Shown here: positions 1 through 7,407 of the stretch, in pieces
Layout of the letters: every line of letters starts with the position of its first letter
Position numbering within the stretch: position 1 is the stretch's first letter
Assembly: GCA_050178385.1 (NCBI GenBank)
Contig: JBFXGD010000122.1
Coordinates: 1 to 10,586, forward strand
Direction: 5' to 3'
Source of the DNA: Calditrichaceae bacterium
GTDB lineage: Bacteria; Calditrichota; Calditrichia; Calditrichales; JBFXGD01
DNA length: 10,586 nt
Program-made: the position numbers and the translations under genes
Notes under the pieces: generated by a model
The model's database searches: none
Seen by the model: only the letters and a program-made list of their open reading frames with translations
Told to the model about the DNA's origin: nothing

Positions 1-465
1 TATTTCTTCTTTGGCGGTTTCCGAATTAATTCCCCGAATACCACGCACAAATCCATTCTCTTCAACGATATCTATGACCTTAAATCCCTGAATTAAACGA
101 TCAACGGCTTTGGATGCTTCTGTAAGTAAAAAGTGATCAAATACTCCCCTGCGGATAACCTTTCCGCCGGGCAACCCCTTGCGTTTCTCACTCATCAAAC
201 CGATATTGATTGTTTTTCCGGCGGGACTGCCAAATGTTATGGATCTGATCTCCGCGCCGGGCAGAGCCCATGCCTTTTCAAGCAGATCAAGATCTTTCAG
301 AATATTCATTGATTTTCCCGAAACGGCGTCGCCACATATTTTATCTCTGGGAAATGCGTCCTTATCCAATAACAAGGTTTTTAATCCGGCTCTTTTAGCG
401 TACAATGCGGCAGCGGCTCCGGCGGGACCACCGCCTACTATAATGATATCAAATTCCGGATTCAC
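1..465 (-). CDS. Geranylgeranyl reductase family FAD-dependent oxidoreductase (5' part; runs off the window's left edge)
   Basis: Not in the ORF track; translated by hand from GTG at 465: MNPEFDIIIVGGGPAGAAAALYAKRAGLKTLLLDKDAFPRDKICGDAVSGKS...VIRRGVFDHFLL.... It has the GxGxxG FAD-binding motif, the FPRDKxCGD motif and an RxxFD motif typical of the GGR family. AAGGA SD at 472-476. The frame is open to position 1. Confidence 0.88.
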   Translation of the reverse strand, partial: MNPEFDIIIVGGGPAGAAAALYAKRAGLKTLLLDKDAFPRDKICGDAVSGKSMNILKDLDLLEKAWALPGAEIRSITFGSPAGKTINIGLMSEKRKGLPGGKVIRRGVFDHFLLTEASKAVDRLIQGFKVIDIVEENGFVRGIRGINSETAKEEI

Positions 466-547
466 TTTGTATCCTTCACTATGCTTATTAATCTTTTATT
501 TCATAACCCGGTTAATTATTTCTGAAATTATTGCCCTGGAGACAGTT

Positions 548-2020
548 TTACTCAGTATAATATTTAATTGTTCTGATAATCGCTTCACGGCATACCGGGC
601 AAAATCCCTTTTTACCCTTGCTAAACATAATACAATCAAGAGCGGGCCTGTACAATCCTTCTGATGAGTAGCCGGCGCCTTCAAATGCGCCCACTTTTCC
701 GCTATATTTGCTATGATACAATAACGCATCTAGTTTTTTTGAATTTTCTTTTGACAAAAGGATCGCTTTCTCCTGCATTTTTTTTATCTCTTCTGCCGGC
801 GCTCCGCTGCGGTTCATTTCAGCAATTTTTTTATTTATTTCCGTGCGGCTTTCCTGATATTCAATCTCTGCCTGATCATACTCTTCTTTATCCCATGGGG
901 TTGGAATTGGTACATTTTTTTCGACCATATATCCCCATTTAAGCTTTGCGGGATCAAGCAGCGCTGTTATATTGGGCTCGACAGGTTCAATTCCCTTTGG
1001 ATAGAAATCATTATATGCCGTTGAAGATGAGTAGTATTCATCGGCGAGACCGGCAAAAGAATGACCGAATTCATGTAAAAACACATAGTCACTCCATTCA
1101 TTTCCTGTTGTGAAAGTCAAGAAGAAATTATAAATTCCACCTCCGCCATATCGCTCATGATTCACCATAATCAATAAGGCATCGTAAGGAACCGCAGAGG
1201 CGATATCATGCAAACTTTTATTGTCTTCTGTGAGCAGATAACGCGGCGAACCCAGCGAGTTAAACGTGGTATTCAGACTGGTATTCCGGTACGTGTTATG
1301 TGTCGGCTCATCACATCCCGATTCCGCGGAGGGTCTGAACACCCCGTAAACATTAAAATTTTCTTTAAAGGACTGATATGGTTCCTGACTAAAAAATACT
1401 TCACTGAAATGTCTGAGATCGTTCTGAAGCTTTTCTCTTTCGCTTTCCGTATAGCCTTCCGCAATGATAGCCAAATCAACCCTTTTGTGAGGATTGCCGT
1501 TTTTGACTATTTCATACACTTCGATACGGCTGTCGGCGTCTTCTTTGATGATACCCGCACTATCCGGGTCTATTGCGTCTTTGAATATCACATTCATATT
1601 ATTCCGGTTGTCACGTACTTCGACAGTAAAAAGAATCTTGTTTTTTGGATATGGGATCAAGGCTGATTCATGGTAAACACGCTGAATCCCATTTAGCGCC
1701 GGAGTGGTTGTCTTATATTCTCCAAAATAACTGTCATAACCTTTCGTATAAATAAGTGTCCCCGATTTTTTATCATATATTTTTACGGCATATCTGCCCG
1801 TATTAACAGTTTCTATTAGTATATCGGGATTCCCGGCCCAGACTCCCTCCCGATATACCCGGTCAACGGTAATAATATCATTCCCGGCATTACCCATATG
1901 GTAATAGTCGATCCTCATGGTACGGTCGATAAAAAATTCATCAAAATCCACTTGTGAGCCTGCGGATAAACCCGTAACAGCCATAATAATCATTAAAATT
2001 ATGCGCATAAAAATCATCAT
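548..2020 (-). CDS. Secreted M64-family (IgA peptidase-like) zinc metallopeptidase
   Basis: Contains HEFGHSFAGLADEY (HExxH), YGGGGIYN, an N-terminal TMRIDYYH domain and C-terminal DCIM...FCPVC. The track starts at 2056, but ATG 2020/2017 follows a GGAAAGGA SD and begins a hydrophobic signal peptide, so it is the likelier start. TAA at 548-550. Confidence 0.9.
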   Translation of the reverse strand: MMIFMRIILMIIMAVTGLSAGSQVDFDEFFIDRTMRIDYYHMGNAGNDIITVDRVYREGVWAGNPDILIETVNTGRYAVKIYDKKSGTLIYTKGYDSYFGEYKTTTPALNGIQRVYHESALIPYPKNKILFTVEVRDNRNNMNVIFKDAIDPDSAGIIKEDADSRIEVYEIVKNGNPHKRVDLAIIAEGYTESEREKLQNDLRHFSEVFFSQEPYQSFKENFNVYGVFRPSAESGCDEPTHNTYRNTSLNTTFNSLGSPRYLLTEDNKSLHDIASAVPYDALLIMVNHERYGGGGIYNFFLTFTTGNEWSDYVFLHEFGHSFAGLADEYYSSSTAYNDFYPKGIEPVEPNITALLDPAKLKWGYMVEKNVPIPTPWDKEEYDQAEIEYQESRTEINKKIAEMNRSGAPAEEIKKMQEKAILLSKENSKKLDALLYHSKYSGKVGAFEGAGYSSEGLYRPALDCIMFSKGKKGFCPVCREAIIRTIKYYTE

Positions 2021-2398
2021 TTTATCCTTTCCTGCCAGAATTATTAAATTTAACATTATTGCATATCGTAAGAATAAGTTATTGAAATCTTTTAGCTAAT
2101 TTATTGAATTTTGTATTAGAAGATACATCCTCCCAAGGATATGACGCAAAATATTTTTGTATGTTATGCAGGATTTGCCGAATGGCCAATTTTCTGCTGA
2201 TAGTTCCGCATCATATTAAAAAAATCTCACTTACCGTGAAACTTTTTTGTGCAAAGATCATATTATTGCCTTATTTTAACGGAATTTTTTACTAAATATC
2301 TAAATTAATCAGTTTTAATACGGATTATTTTCTCCATTGTTATGGTTGTTTAAAACAAAAAGATCCGGATTATATAAATTATTTCAGAGGAAATTTTA

Positions 2399-3754
2399 AT
2401 GAAAGTATATAATAATATTCTTGATGTTATAGGCGAGACACCAATAGTCAGGTTAAACAAAATAACCGGCGCTTCCGATGCAAATGTTTACGCGAAACTA
2501 GAATTTTTAAATCCCGGTGGCAGCATCAAAGACCGGATTGCCCTGCATATCATCAACAAGGCCGAGAAAGATGGAATGCTCAAAAAAGGCGGAACGATTG
2601 TCGAAAATACATCGGGAAACACAGGGGCCGGGTTGGCTATTGTATCCGCAGTAAGAGGTTATAAGGCAATATTTACAATTCCGGACAAAATGAGCAGCGA
2701 GAAAATCAATTTTCTAAAAGCTTTTGGCGCGAAAGTGGTTGTAACTCCGACAAATGTTCCCGCGGATTCTCCGCAGAGTTACTATGAAACAGCGAAAAGA
2801 ATTCATCAGACGACCGAAAATTCATTTTATGTAAATCAGTATCATAATCCCGAAAATCCGGAGGCGCATTATAATTCGACCGGGCCTGAAATCTGGGATC
2901 AGATGGACGGGAAAATCGATTACATTGTGGCCGGTATCGGAACGGGCGGCACATTAAGCGGAGTTGCCCGTTACCTGAAAGAAAAAAATCCTGACATTAA
3001 AGTTATCGCGGTAGATCCGGTTGGATCGGTGTTTTATGATTATTTTAAGTCAGGAAAACTGATCGAGCCGCATGTTTATAAAGTTGAAGGCGTGGGCGAA
3101 GATATGCTGGTGGATGCATTAGATTTTAATCTTATCGATGATATTATCCAGGTAAACGATAAAGATTCATTTATGACGGCGCGTGATCTTGCCAGGAACG
3201 AAGGTATTTTTGCGGGAGGATCATCCGGATCCGCGGTCTGGGGAGCGTTACAGATTGCAAAAAAAGCAGGACCCGGTAAAAATATCCTAACAATTCTTCC
3301 TGATACAGGATTTCGGTATTTGTCGAAATTATATAATGACGAATGGATGCAGGATAACGGATTGATTGAGATCACTCTTTCCGGTAGTGTCGGTGATTTA
3401 TTAAAGAGAAAACCAAAGAAATCATTAATTTCCACCGACAGCAGTTCAGCCATATCCGATGTGATCAGAATGATGAAAGACAATAATATCTCACAAATGC
3501 CCGTTATAGATAACGAACGTCTTGTGGGATTAATAACCGAGAATAATCTCTTGAATTTCTTGATCGGGAATGAAAATGACAAAAACCACACAATCTCAGA
3601 TCTAATAGAAACCCAAATTCAGACGACGACCGAGACCGATCCGATTAGTGACGTATTGAAAAAATTAAAATCAACTGACGCGGTTCTGGTTCTTGAAGAC
3701 AAAAAAGTGAAAGATATTTTGACTAAAATCGATTTGATTGATTTGTTGGCATAA
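2399..3754 (+). CDS. cbs: Cystathionine beta-synthase (PLP-dependent, cysteine synthase/CBS family) with C-terminal tandem CBS domains
   Basis: KLEFLNPGGSIKDR PLP-lysine motif, ENTSGNTG, NQYHNPEN, GIGTGGT and YKVEGVGED, then a C-terminal CBS pair (ISQMPVID...GLITE...ILTKIDLI). AGAGGA SD upstream. Confidence 0.88.
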   Translation: MKVYNNILDVIGETPIVRLNKITGASDANVYAKLEFLNPGGSIKDRIALHIINKAEKDGMLKKGGTIVENTSGNTGAGLAIVSAVRGYKAIFTIPDKMSSEKINFLKAFGAKVVVTPTNVPADSPQSYYETAKRIHQTTENSFYVNQYHNPENPEAHYNSTGPEIWDQMDGKIDYIVAGIGTGGTLSGVARYLKEKNPDIKVIAVDPVGSVFYDYFKSGKLIEPHVYKVEGVGEDMLVDALDFNLIDDIIQVNDKDSFMTARDLARNEGIFAGGSSGSAVWGALQIAKKAGPGKNILTILPDTGFRYLSKLYNDEWMQDNGLIEITLSGSVGDLLKRKPKKSLISTDSSSAISDVIRMMKDNNISQMPVIDNERLVGLITENNLLNFLIGNENDKNHTISDLIETQIQTTTETDPISDVLKKLKSTDAVLVLEDKKVKDILTKIDLIDLLA

Positions 3755-3760
3755 CGCGGA

Positions 3761-3812
3761 TAAAATTTTGACATCATTGATCATGATAAAATCTACCATT
3801 GTCAATATTTTA
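3761..3812. repeat. 13-bp imperfect inverted repeat just after the cbs stop codon
   Basis: TAAAATTTTGACA (3761-3773) and TGTCAATATTTTA (3800-3812), one mismatch, 26-nt spacer. AT-rich with no classic U-tract. Confidence 0.4.
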
Positions 3813-3827
3813 GTGAAAATTGATAAA

Positions 3828-3956
3828 TTAACGACGAATTGAGTCTGCTTTGAGATATTTTACTTTTTCTGCGCGGACTTTTTTCGTTTTATGCGCAATT
3901 TCAGTCCATAACAGGCTTTCAATTATTTGAAAGAAAGATAATGGAGAATTTTTCAT
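3828..3956 (-). CDS. Candidate 42-aa small protein of unknown function
   Basis: MKNSPLSFFQIIESLLWTEIAHKTKKVRAEKVKYLKADSIRR*. AAGGTG SD (3965-3970) lies 8 nt before the ATG, with a TATAAT on the same strand at 4013-4018. Confidence 0.45.
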   Translation of the reverse strand: MKNSPLSFFQIIESLLWTEIAHKTKKVRAEKVKYLKADSIRR

Positions 3957-3985
3957 AATAAATTCACCTTTTTTGATATAAGGGT

Positions 3986-4015
3986 TTGACTATATTTATG
4001 CAACTGTCATATATT
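3986..4015 (+). promoter_or_regulatory. Putative sigma70-type promoter for the TPR gene
   Basis: TTGACT (3986-3991), 18-nt spacer, TATATT (4010-4015). It overlaps a minus-strand TATAAT (4013-4018). Confidence 0.4.
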
Positions 4016-4169
4016 ATATAAATTCTGTCTAAACAGAGAAAAAAATCTTAATGGGATTCAAATGTTATCCGATTAATATTAAGACTTCCAAAATTCAGCC
4101 GAACCTTAATAAACGAAATGAAAGCACAAGGCAGCGGTTCACACACGTTTTTAACGATGGTATTGGATA

Positions 4170-5987
4170 ATGAAATTTAAAACTATTATTCTGCTTTTGG
4201 TAGCATTCTCTGTTGTATATGCTCAGGATAAACGCAAGATTGGTCTAATTCCATTCGAGAATAAGACTGGTGATTCAAGGCATGAATGGATTTCGAGCGG
4301 CCTTGATTATTTATTAATGAATAAATTATCCGTGATATCCGGATTTTATGTTCCCGATAAAACGCAGATGAGACAAGCTCTGAAAGAAGCCGGATATGGA
4401 ACACGGGCTCTTGACGGAAGGATGAGTTATCACTTTGGGAAGGCGTCGGGCGCGGAGGTGGCAATATCCGGGACCTACACCTTAAGCGGCCAAACTTTGA
4501 ATTTACAGGTATCCTATTATAATACTTTTAACGGTTCGCTGATTATTACCGATACCTATAATGAAAATATTTCCAACCTTTTTTCAACTTCTAAAAAGAT
4601 TATTGACCGTCTTGTGACAATCGCCGGAATCGGAATATCCCCTATCGAGACCAGTTTGATAAATCGCTCAATAACCGCATCTATCGGCGCATTTGAAAGT
4701 TTTGTGCGGGCCTATATGGAAAATGAGAATCCGAACGGAAGAATGGAGGTCATTACAGGGCTCTTCCGTAAAGCTATCCGTGAAGATCCCAAATTCTGGG
4801 AAGCATATTATAACCTCGGTATTGTTTATTTTAACAGTAAAAAGTATAATGAAGCCATTGAACAGTTTAATTCAGTCATCTCTGCCCTGCCGAATTTTGA
4901 TAAACCGTATTACGGTCGCGGATTGATTTATGAAAAACAAAAAAAATATGACCTGGCGATTGAGGATTTTAAAAAGGTAACCGAATTTAACCCAAATGAT
5001 TTTAAACCCTATTACTACCTTGGCAAAATAAGTGTTTTGGATAAAAATTTTACTGATGCTCAAACCTATCTCGACAAAGCACAAAGCCTGAATCCTGACT
5101 ATGCTCCCATTTACTTTGAAATGGGGAATATATTTTATGACCAGAATCTCTACAGGAAATCGATAGAATACTACAAAAAAGCAGCGGAATTGGACAATAA
5201 TAACGTTCAGTATCATCTGATACTGGGTGAGACCTATTATCGCTCACAAATTTACTATAACGCGCTGACCGAATTTAATTTTGTCCTCTCTATGCAGCCC
5301 AATGAACCGATCGCGAATTTTATGCTTGGTGTGACGATTTATAAACAAGCTGTTCTTGAAGAGCTGATTGATGCGTTTTTAGATATTTTGGCGGAAAACA
5401 ACAACGCCGGCCAGGGCGTTACCGAAAATAAATTTTCAAAGAACACCGGTATCGATCCGGTAAAGAAACGAAAAGTCTATGAAGATATGGTTGATGCCTT
5501 TACTAAAGCTTCACAGGCTCAATCCAATTTTATGGAAGCGACATTCAATCTTGCTCTTACATATTTCGAAATGGGTAATTATGAACTCGCCGAGAGATAT
5601 TTTAAGGCTACGCTTTTGATAAATCCCTACCTGATAAGAGCATACATGAAGCTTGCGGAAGTTTATGAAAAAACAAAACGGCTTGATCTTGCAATCGAGC
5701 AGTATAAAAAGGTGTTTGAAATCGAACCGGCAATCTTTGTGTCCCAGCCGACACTCGGTCAGGAACATCAGTATATTAATATATTTGACAGATTTATGAG
5801 GGAACTTGACGGGACTCTTAAAACGAATCCCAATGACACGAAAAACAATTTAATTCTTGCGAAAGTATTTCAGGCTCAGGGATATTACGGTAAAGCAGCA
5901 AATGTGCTTCGAAAAGTACTCTCCATGAGCCCGAATAATAATGAAGCAAAAAACTTGCTCACTAATTTGGAAAAATACACCAACTAA
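4170..5987 (+). CDS. Secreted tetratricopeptide-repeat protein with an N-terminal TolB-N/CsgG/FlgO-like domain
   Basis: Signal peptide MKFKTIILLLVAFSVVYA. The N-terminal domain pattern IGLIPFENKTGD..WISSGL...ISGTY resembles TolB-N/FlgO-like domains. Many TPR units follow (EAYYNLGIVY, PYYGRGLIY, YYYLGKI, IYFEMGNIF, ATFNLALTY, AYMKLAEVY). Confidence 0.85.
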   Translation: MKFKTIILLLVAFSVVYAQDKRKIGLIPFENKTGDSRHEWISSGLDYLLMNKLSVISGFYVPDKTQMRQALKEAGYGTRALDGRMSYHFGKASGAEVAISGTYTLSGQTLNLQVSYYNTFNGSLIITDTYNENISNLFSTSKKIIDRLVTIAGIGISPIETSLINRSITASIGAFESFVRAYMENENPNGRMEVITGLFRKAIREDPKFWEAYYNLGIVYFNSKKYNEAIEQFNSVISALPNFDKPYYGRGLIYEKQKKYDLAIEDFKKVTEFNPNDFKPYYYLGKISVLDKNFTDAQTYLDKAQSLNPDYAPIYFEMGNIFYDQNLYRKSIEYYKKAAELDNNNVQYHLILGETYYRSQIYYNALTEFNFVLSMQPNEPIANFMLGVTIYKQAVLEELIDAFLDILAENNNAGQGVTENKFSKNTGIDPVKKRKVYEDMVDAFTKASQAQSNFMEATFNLALTYFEMGNYELAERYFKATLLINPYLIRAYMKLAEVYEKTKRLDLAIEQYKKVFEIEPAIFVSQPTLGQEHQYINIFDRFMRELDGTLKTNPNDTKNNLILAKVFQAQGYYGKAANVLRKVLSMSPNNNEAKNLLTNLEKYTN

Positions 5988-5998
5988 ATCTAAATTTC

Positions 5999-6226
5999 CT
6001 AGCCGATCTTTTTACTGATCAGTTTTTCAAGCTCGCCTTCCTCCGGAAAACGATAAGTATTGTATTTGGAAAATATCTGAACATCATCAAGGAAAATCTC
6101 AAATCTTCCGCCACTGCTTTTTATCAGCTCAATTTCCAGATCAAATTTTTTTCCTAATTCCTGCGCCAAACTGGCAGCTCTGGGATAGTAGTTTCAAACA
6201 TTACAATATTCAATTGCTAATTTCAT
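5999..6226 (-). CDS. SelW-like (SelT/SelW/SelH, Rdx family) selenoprotein, 75 aa, Sec at codon 11 (TGA at 6194-6196)
   Basis: Hand translation: MKLAIEYCNV-U-NYYPRAASLAQELGKKFDLEIELIKSSGGRFEIFLDDVQIFSKYNTYRFPEEGELEKLISKKIG*. It shows IEYCxxU, GGxFEI and IFSK....RFP, the Rdx family signature. AGGA SD at 6236-6239; TAG at 5999-6001. Confidence 0.93.
6153..6193 (-). promoter_or_regulatory. Putative bacterial SECIS element immediately 3' of the Sec UGA
   Basis: mRNA: UGA-AACUACUAUCCCAGAG-CUGCCA-GUU-UGGC(GC)AG-GAAUUAGG. The upper hairpin (6161-6177) has a G-first apical loop starting 22 nt after the UGA. Confidence 0.65.
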
Positions 6227-6243
6227 TTTAGATAATCCTATAT

Positions 6244-7398
6244 TTAAATTCTTTGCATATAAAGTTTATACGCTGATTCTATGTCGTCCATGGTATCCGT
6301 ACCAAACTTATCCAGAAATACACCCGCGATCACAGGAGCAGTAACCGCTTCCGCAATCACGGCACAGGCCGGTACAGCTGTCACATCGCTTCGTTCCTTA
6401 TGGGCCTGAAAAGATTCCTTTGTAATCATATCAACAGAATTAAGCGGTTTCATTAAGGTGGGAATCGGTTTCATGGCAATTCTAAGAATAATATCATCTC
6501 CATTGGACATGCCGCCTTCAATACCGCCGGCATTATTTGTTTTTCTAAAATAACTTTTACCGTCATGAAAAATTTCATCATGAAATTCAGAACCTTTTTT
6601 GGCCACTCCGTCAAAGCCGATTCCAACTTCAACCCCCTTTACAGCCTGAATAGACATAAGAGCTGATGCGAGCAGGGAATCCAATTTCCGGTCCCACTGA
6701 ATATAGCTTCCCAACCCCGGTGGAACATTTCTTATTATTACTTCGATGATTCCCCCGGTCGTATCACCTTCCGTTTTCACCTCGTGTATGTAGTTAACCA
6801 TTTTCTCTTCGGTTTTTTTATCGGGGCAACGAACCGGCGACGCATCAGTTATTTCTTTGAGATCCTTCATTTTCCTGGTTTTTTCAATGATCTTCGTGTC
6901 TACCCGCACTGGTCCGATCTGGATGACATGAGAAAAAATTTGAATATCGAATGAATCAAGAAACTGACGGACAAATCCTCCGGCAGCCACTCTCATAGCC
7001 GTCTCTCGCGCGCTCGATCGCTCAAGTACATTCCGTATATCATCAAATCCATACTTTAGCGCTCCCGGCAAATCAGCGTGACCGGGGCGTGGCTTACTGA
7101 CCGGTTTGGCAGACTGGCCCTGCCCGATAGCCATTTCATCCTGCCAATTTTCCCAATCACGGTTTCGAAGTACAAAACTGATCGGACTTCCCAATGTTTT
7201 ACGGAAACGAATACCCGAAAGGACTTCTATGCGATCATGTTCTATTCTCATTCGCCCGCCTCGTCCATAGCCCTGCTGACGGCGATATAATTCGTGATTT
7301 ACTTTTTCAATGTCGATTTCAAGATTTGCCGGAATGCCTTCAACGATTCCGACAAGTCCTGGGCCATGGGATTCGCCGGCTGTTAAGTATCGAATCAT
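6244..7398 (-). CDS. aroC: Chorismate synthase
   Basis: MIRYLTAGESHG, RRQQGYGRGGRM, RPGHAD, ERSSARETAMRV, NNAGGIEGGMSNG, MKPIPTL and ERSDV signature motifs. AAGGA SD overlaps the end of the upstream gene. Confidence 0.97.
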   Translation of the reverse strand: MIRYLTAGESHGPGLVGIVEGIPANLEIDIEKVNHELYRRQQGYGRGGRMRIEHDRIEVLSGIRFRKTLGSPISFVLRNRDWENWQDEMAIGQGQSAKPVSKPRPGHADLPGALKYGFDDIRNVLERSSARETAMRVAAGGFVRQFLDSFDIQIFSHVIQIGPVRVDTKIIEKTRKMKDLKEITDASPVRCPDKKTEEKMVNYIHEVKTEGDTTGGIIEVIIRNVPPGLGSYIQWDRKLDSLLASALMSIQAVKGVEVGIGFDGVAKKGSEFHDEIFHDGKSYFRKTNNAGGIEGGMSNGDDIILRIAMKPIPTLMKPLNSVDMITKESFQAHKERSDVTAVPACAVIAEAVTAPVIAGVFLDKFGTDTMDDIESAYKLYMQRI

Positions 7399-7407
7399 CT
7401 GAGTCCT

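Noticed and set aside
1..465. Thioredoxin reductase call for the left-edge flavoprotein
   Set aside because: It shares only the GxGxxG fold. FPRDKICGD points to the geranylgeranyl reductase family.
179..664. 161-aa plus-strand ORF, and the short ORFs overlapping M64 (496..729, 664..942, 1208..1666, 1273..1479, 1494..1676, 1917..2099)
   Set aside because: They are antisense or off-frame shadows of the GGR and M64 genes, with no recognisable motifs.
2120..2215. Possible c-di-GMP-I riboswitch (GACGCAAA after an ATCC/GGAT hairpin)
   Set aside because: It lacks the GGCAAA entry, the GNRA tetraloop and the second hairpin. An Rfam scan would settle it.
2104..2295. 63-aa TTG-start ORF with a CxxCxxC pattern in the divergent intergenic region
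   Set aside because: No SD, an atypical composition, and it occupies the probable promoter region. Likely chance.
2706..5768. ORFs inside cbs and the TPR gene (2706..2954, 3076..3591, 4186..4464, 4693..4926, 4872..5216, 5050..5247, 5511..5768)
   Set aside because: All lie wholly within well-supported genes and are antisense or alternative-frame artefacts.
6194..6196. Reading the TGA as genome-wide recoding (Trp/Gly) or as a pseudogene nonsense mutation
   Set aside because: None of the eight long genes (roughly 3000 codons) contains an in-frame TGA, which argues against codes 4 or 25. The TGA falls exactly on the redox position with intact downstream motifs and a SECIS-like hairpin, which argues against a pseudogene.
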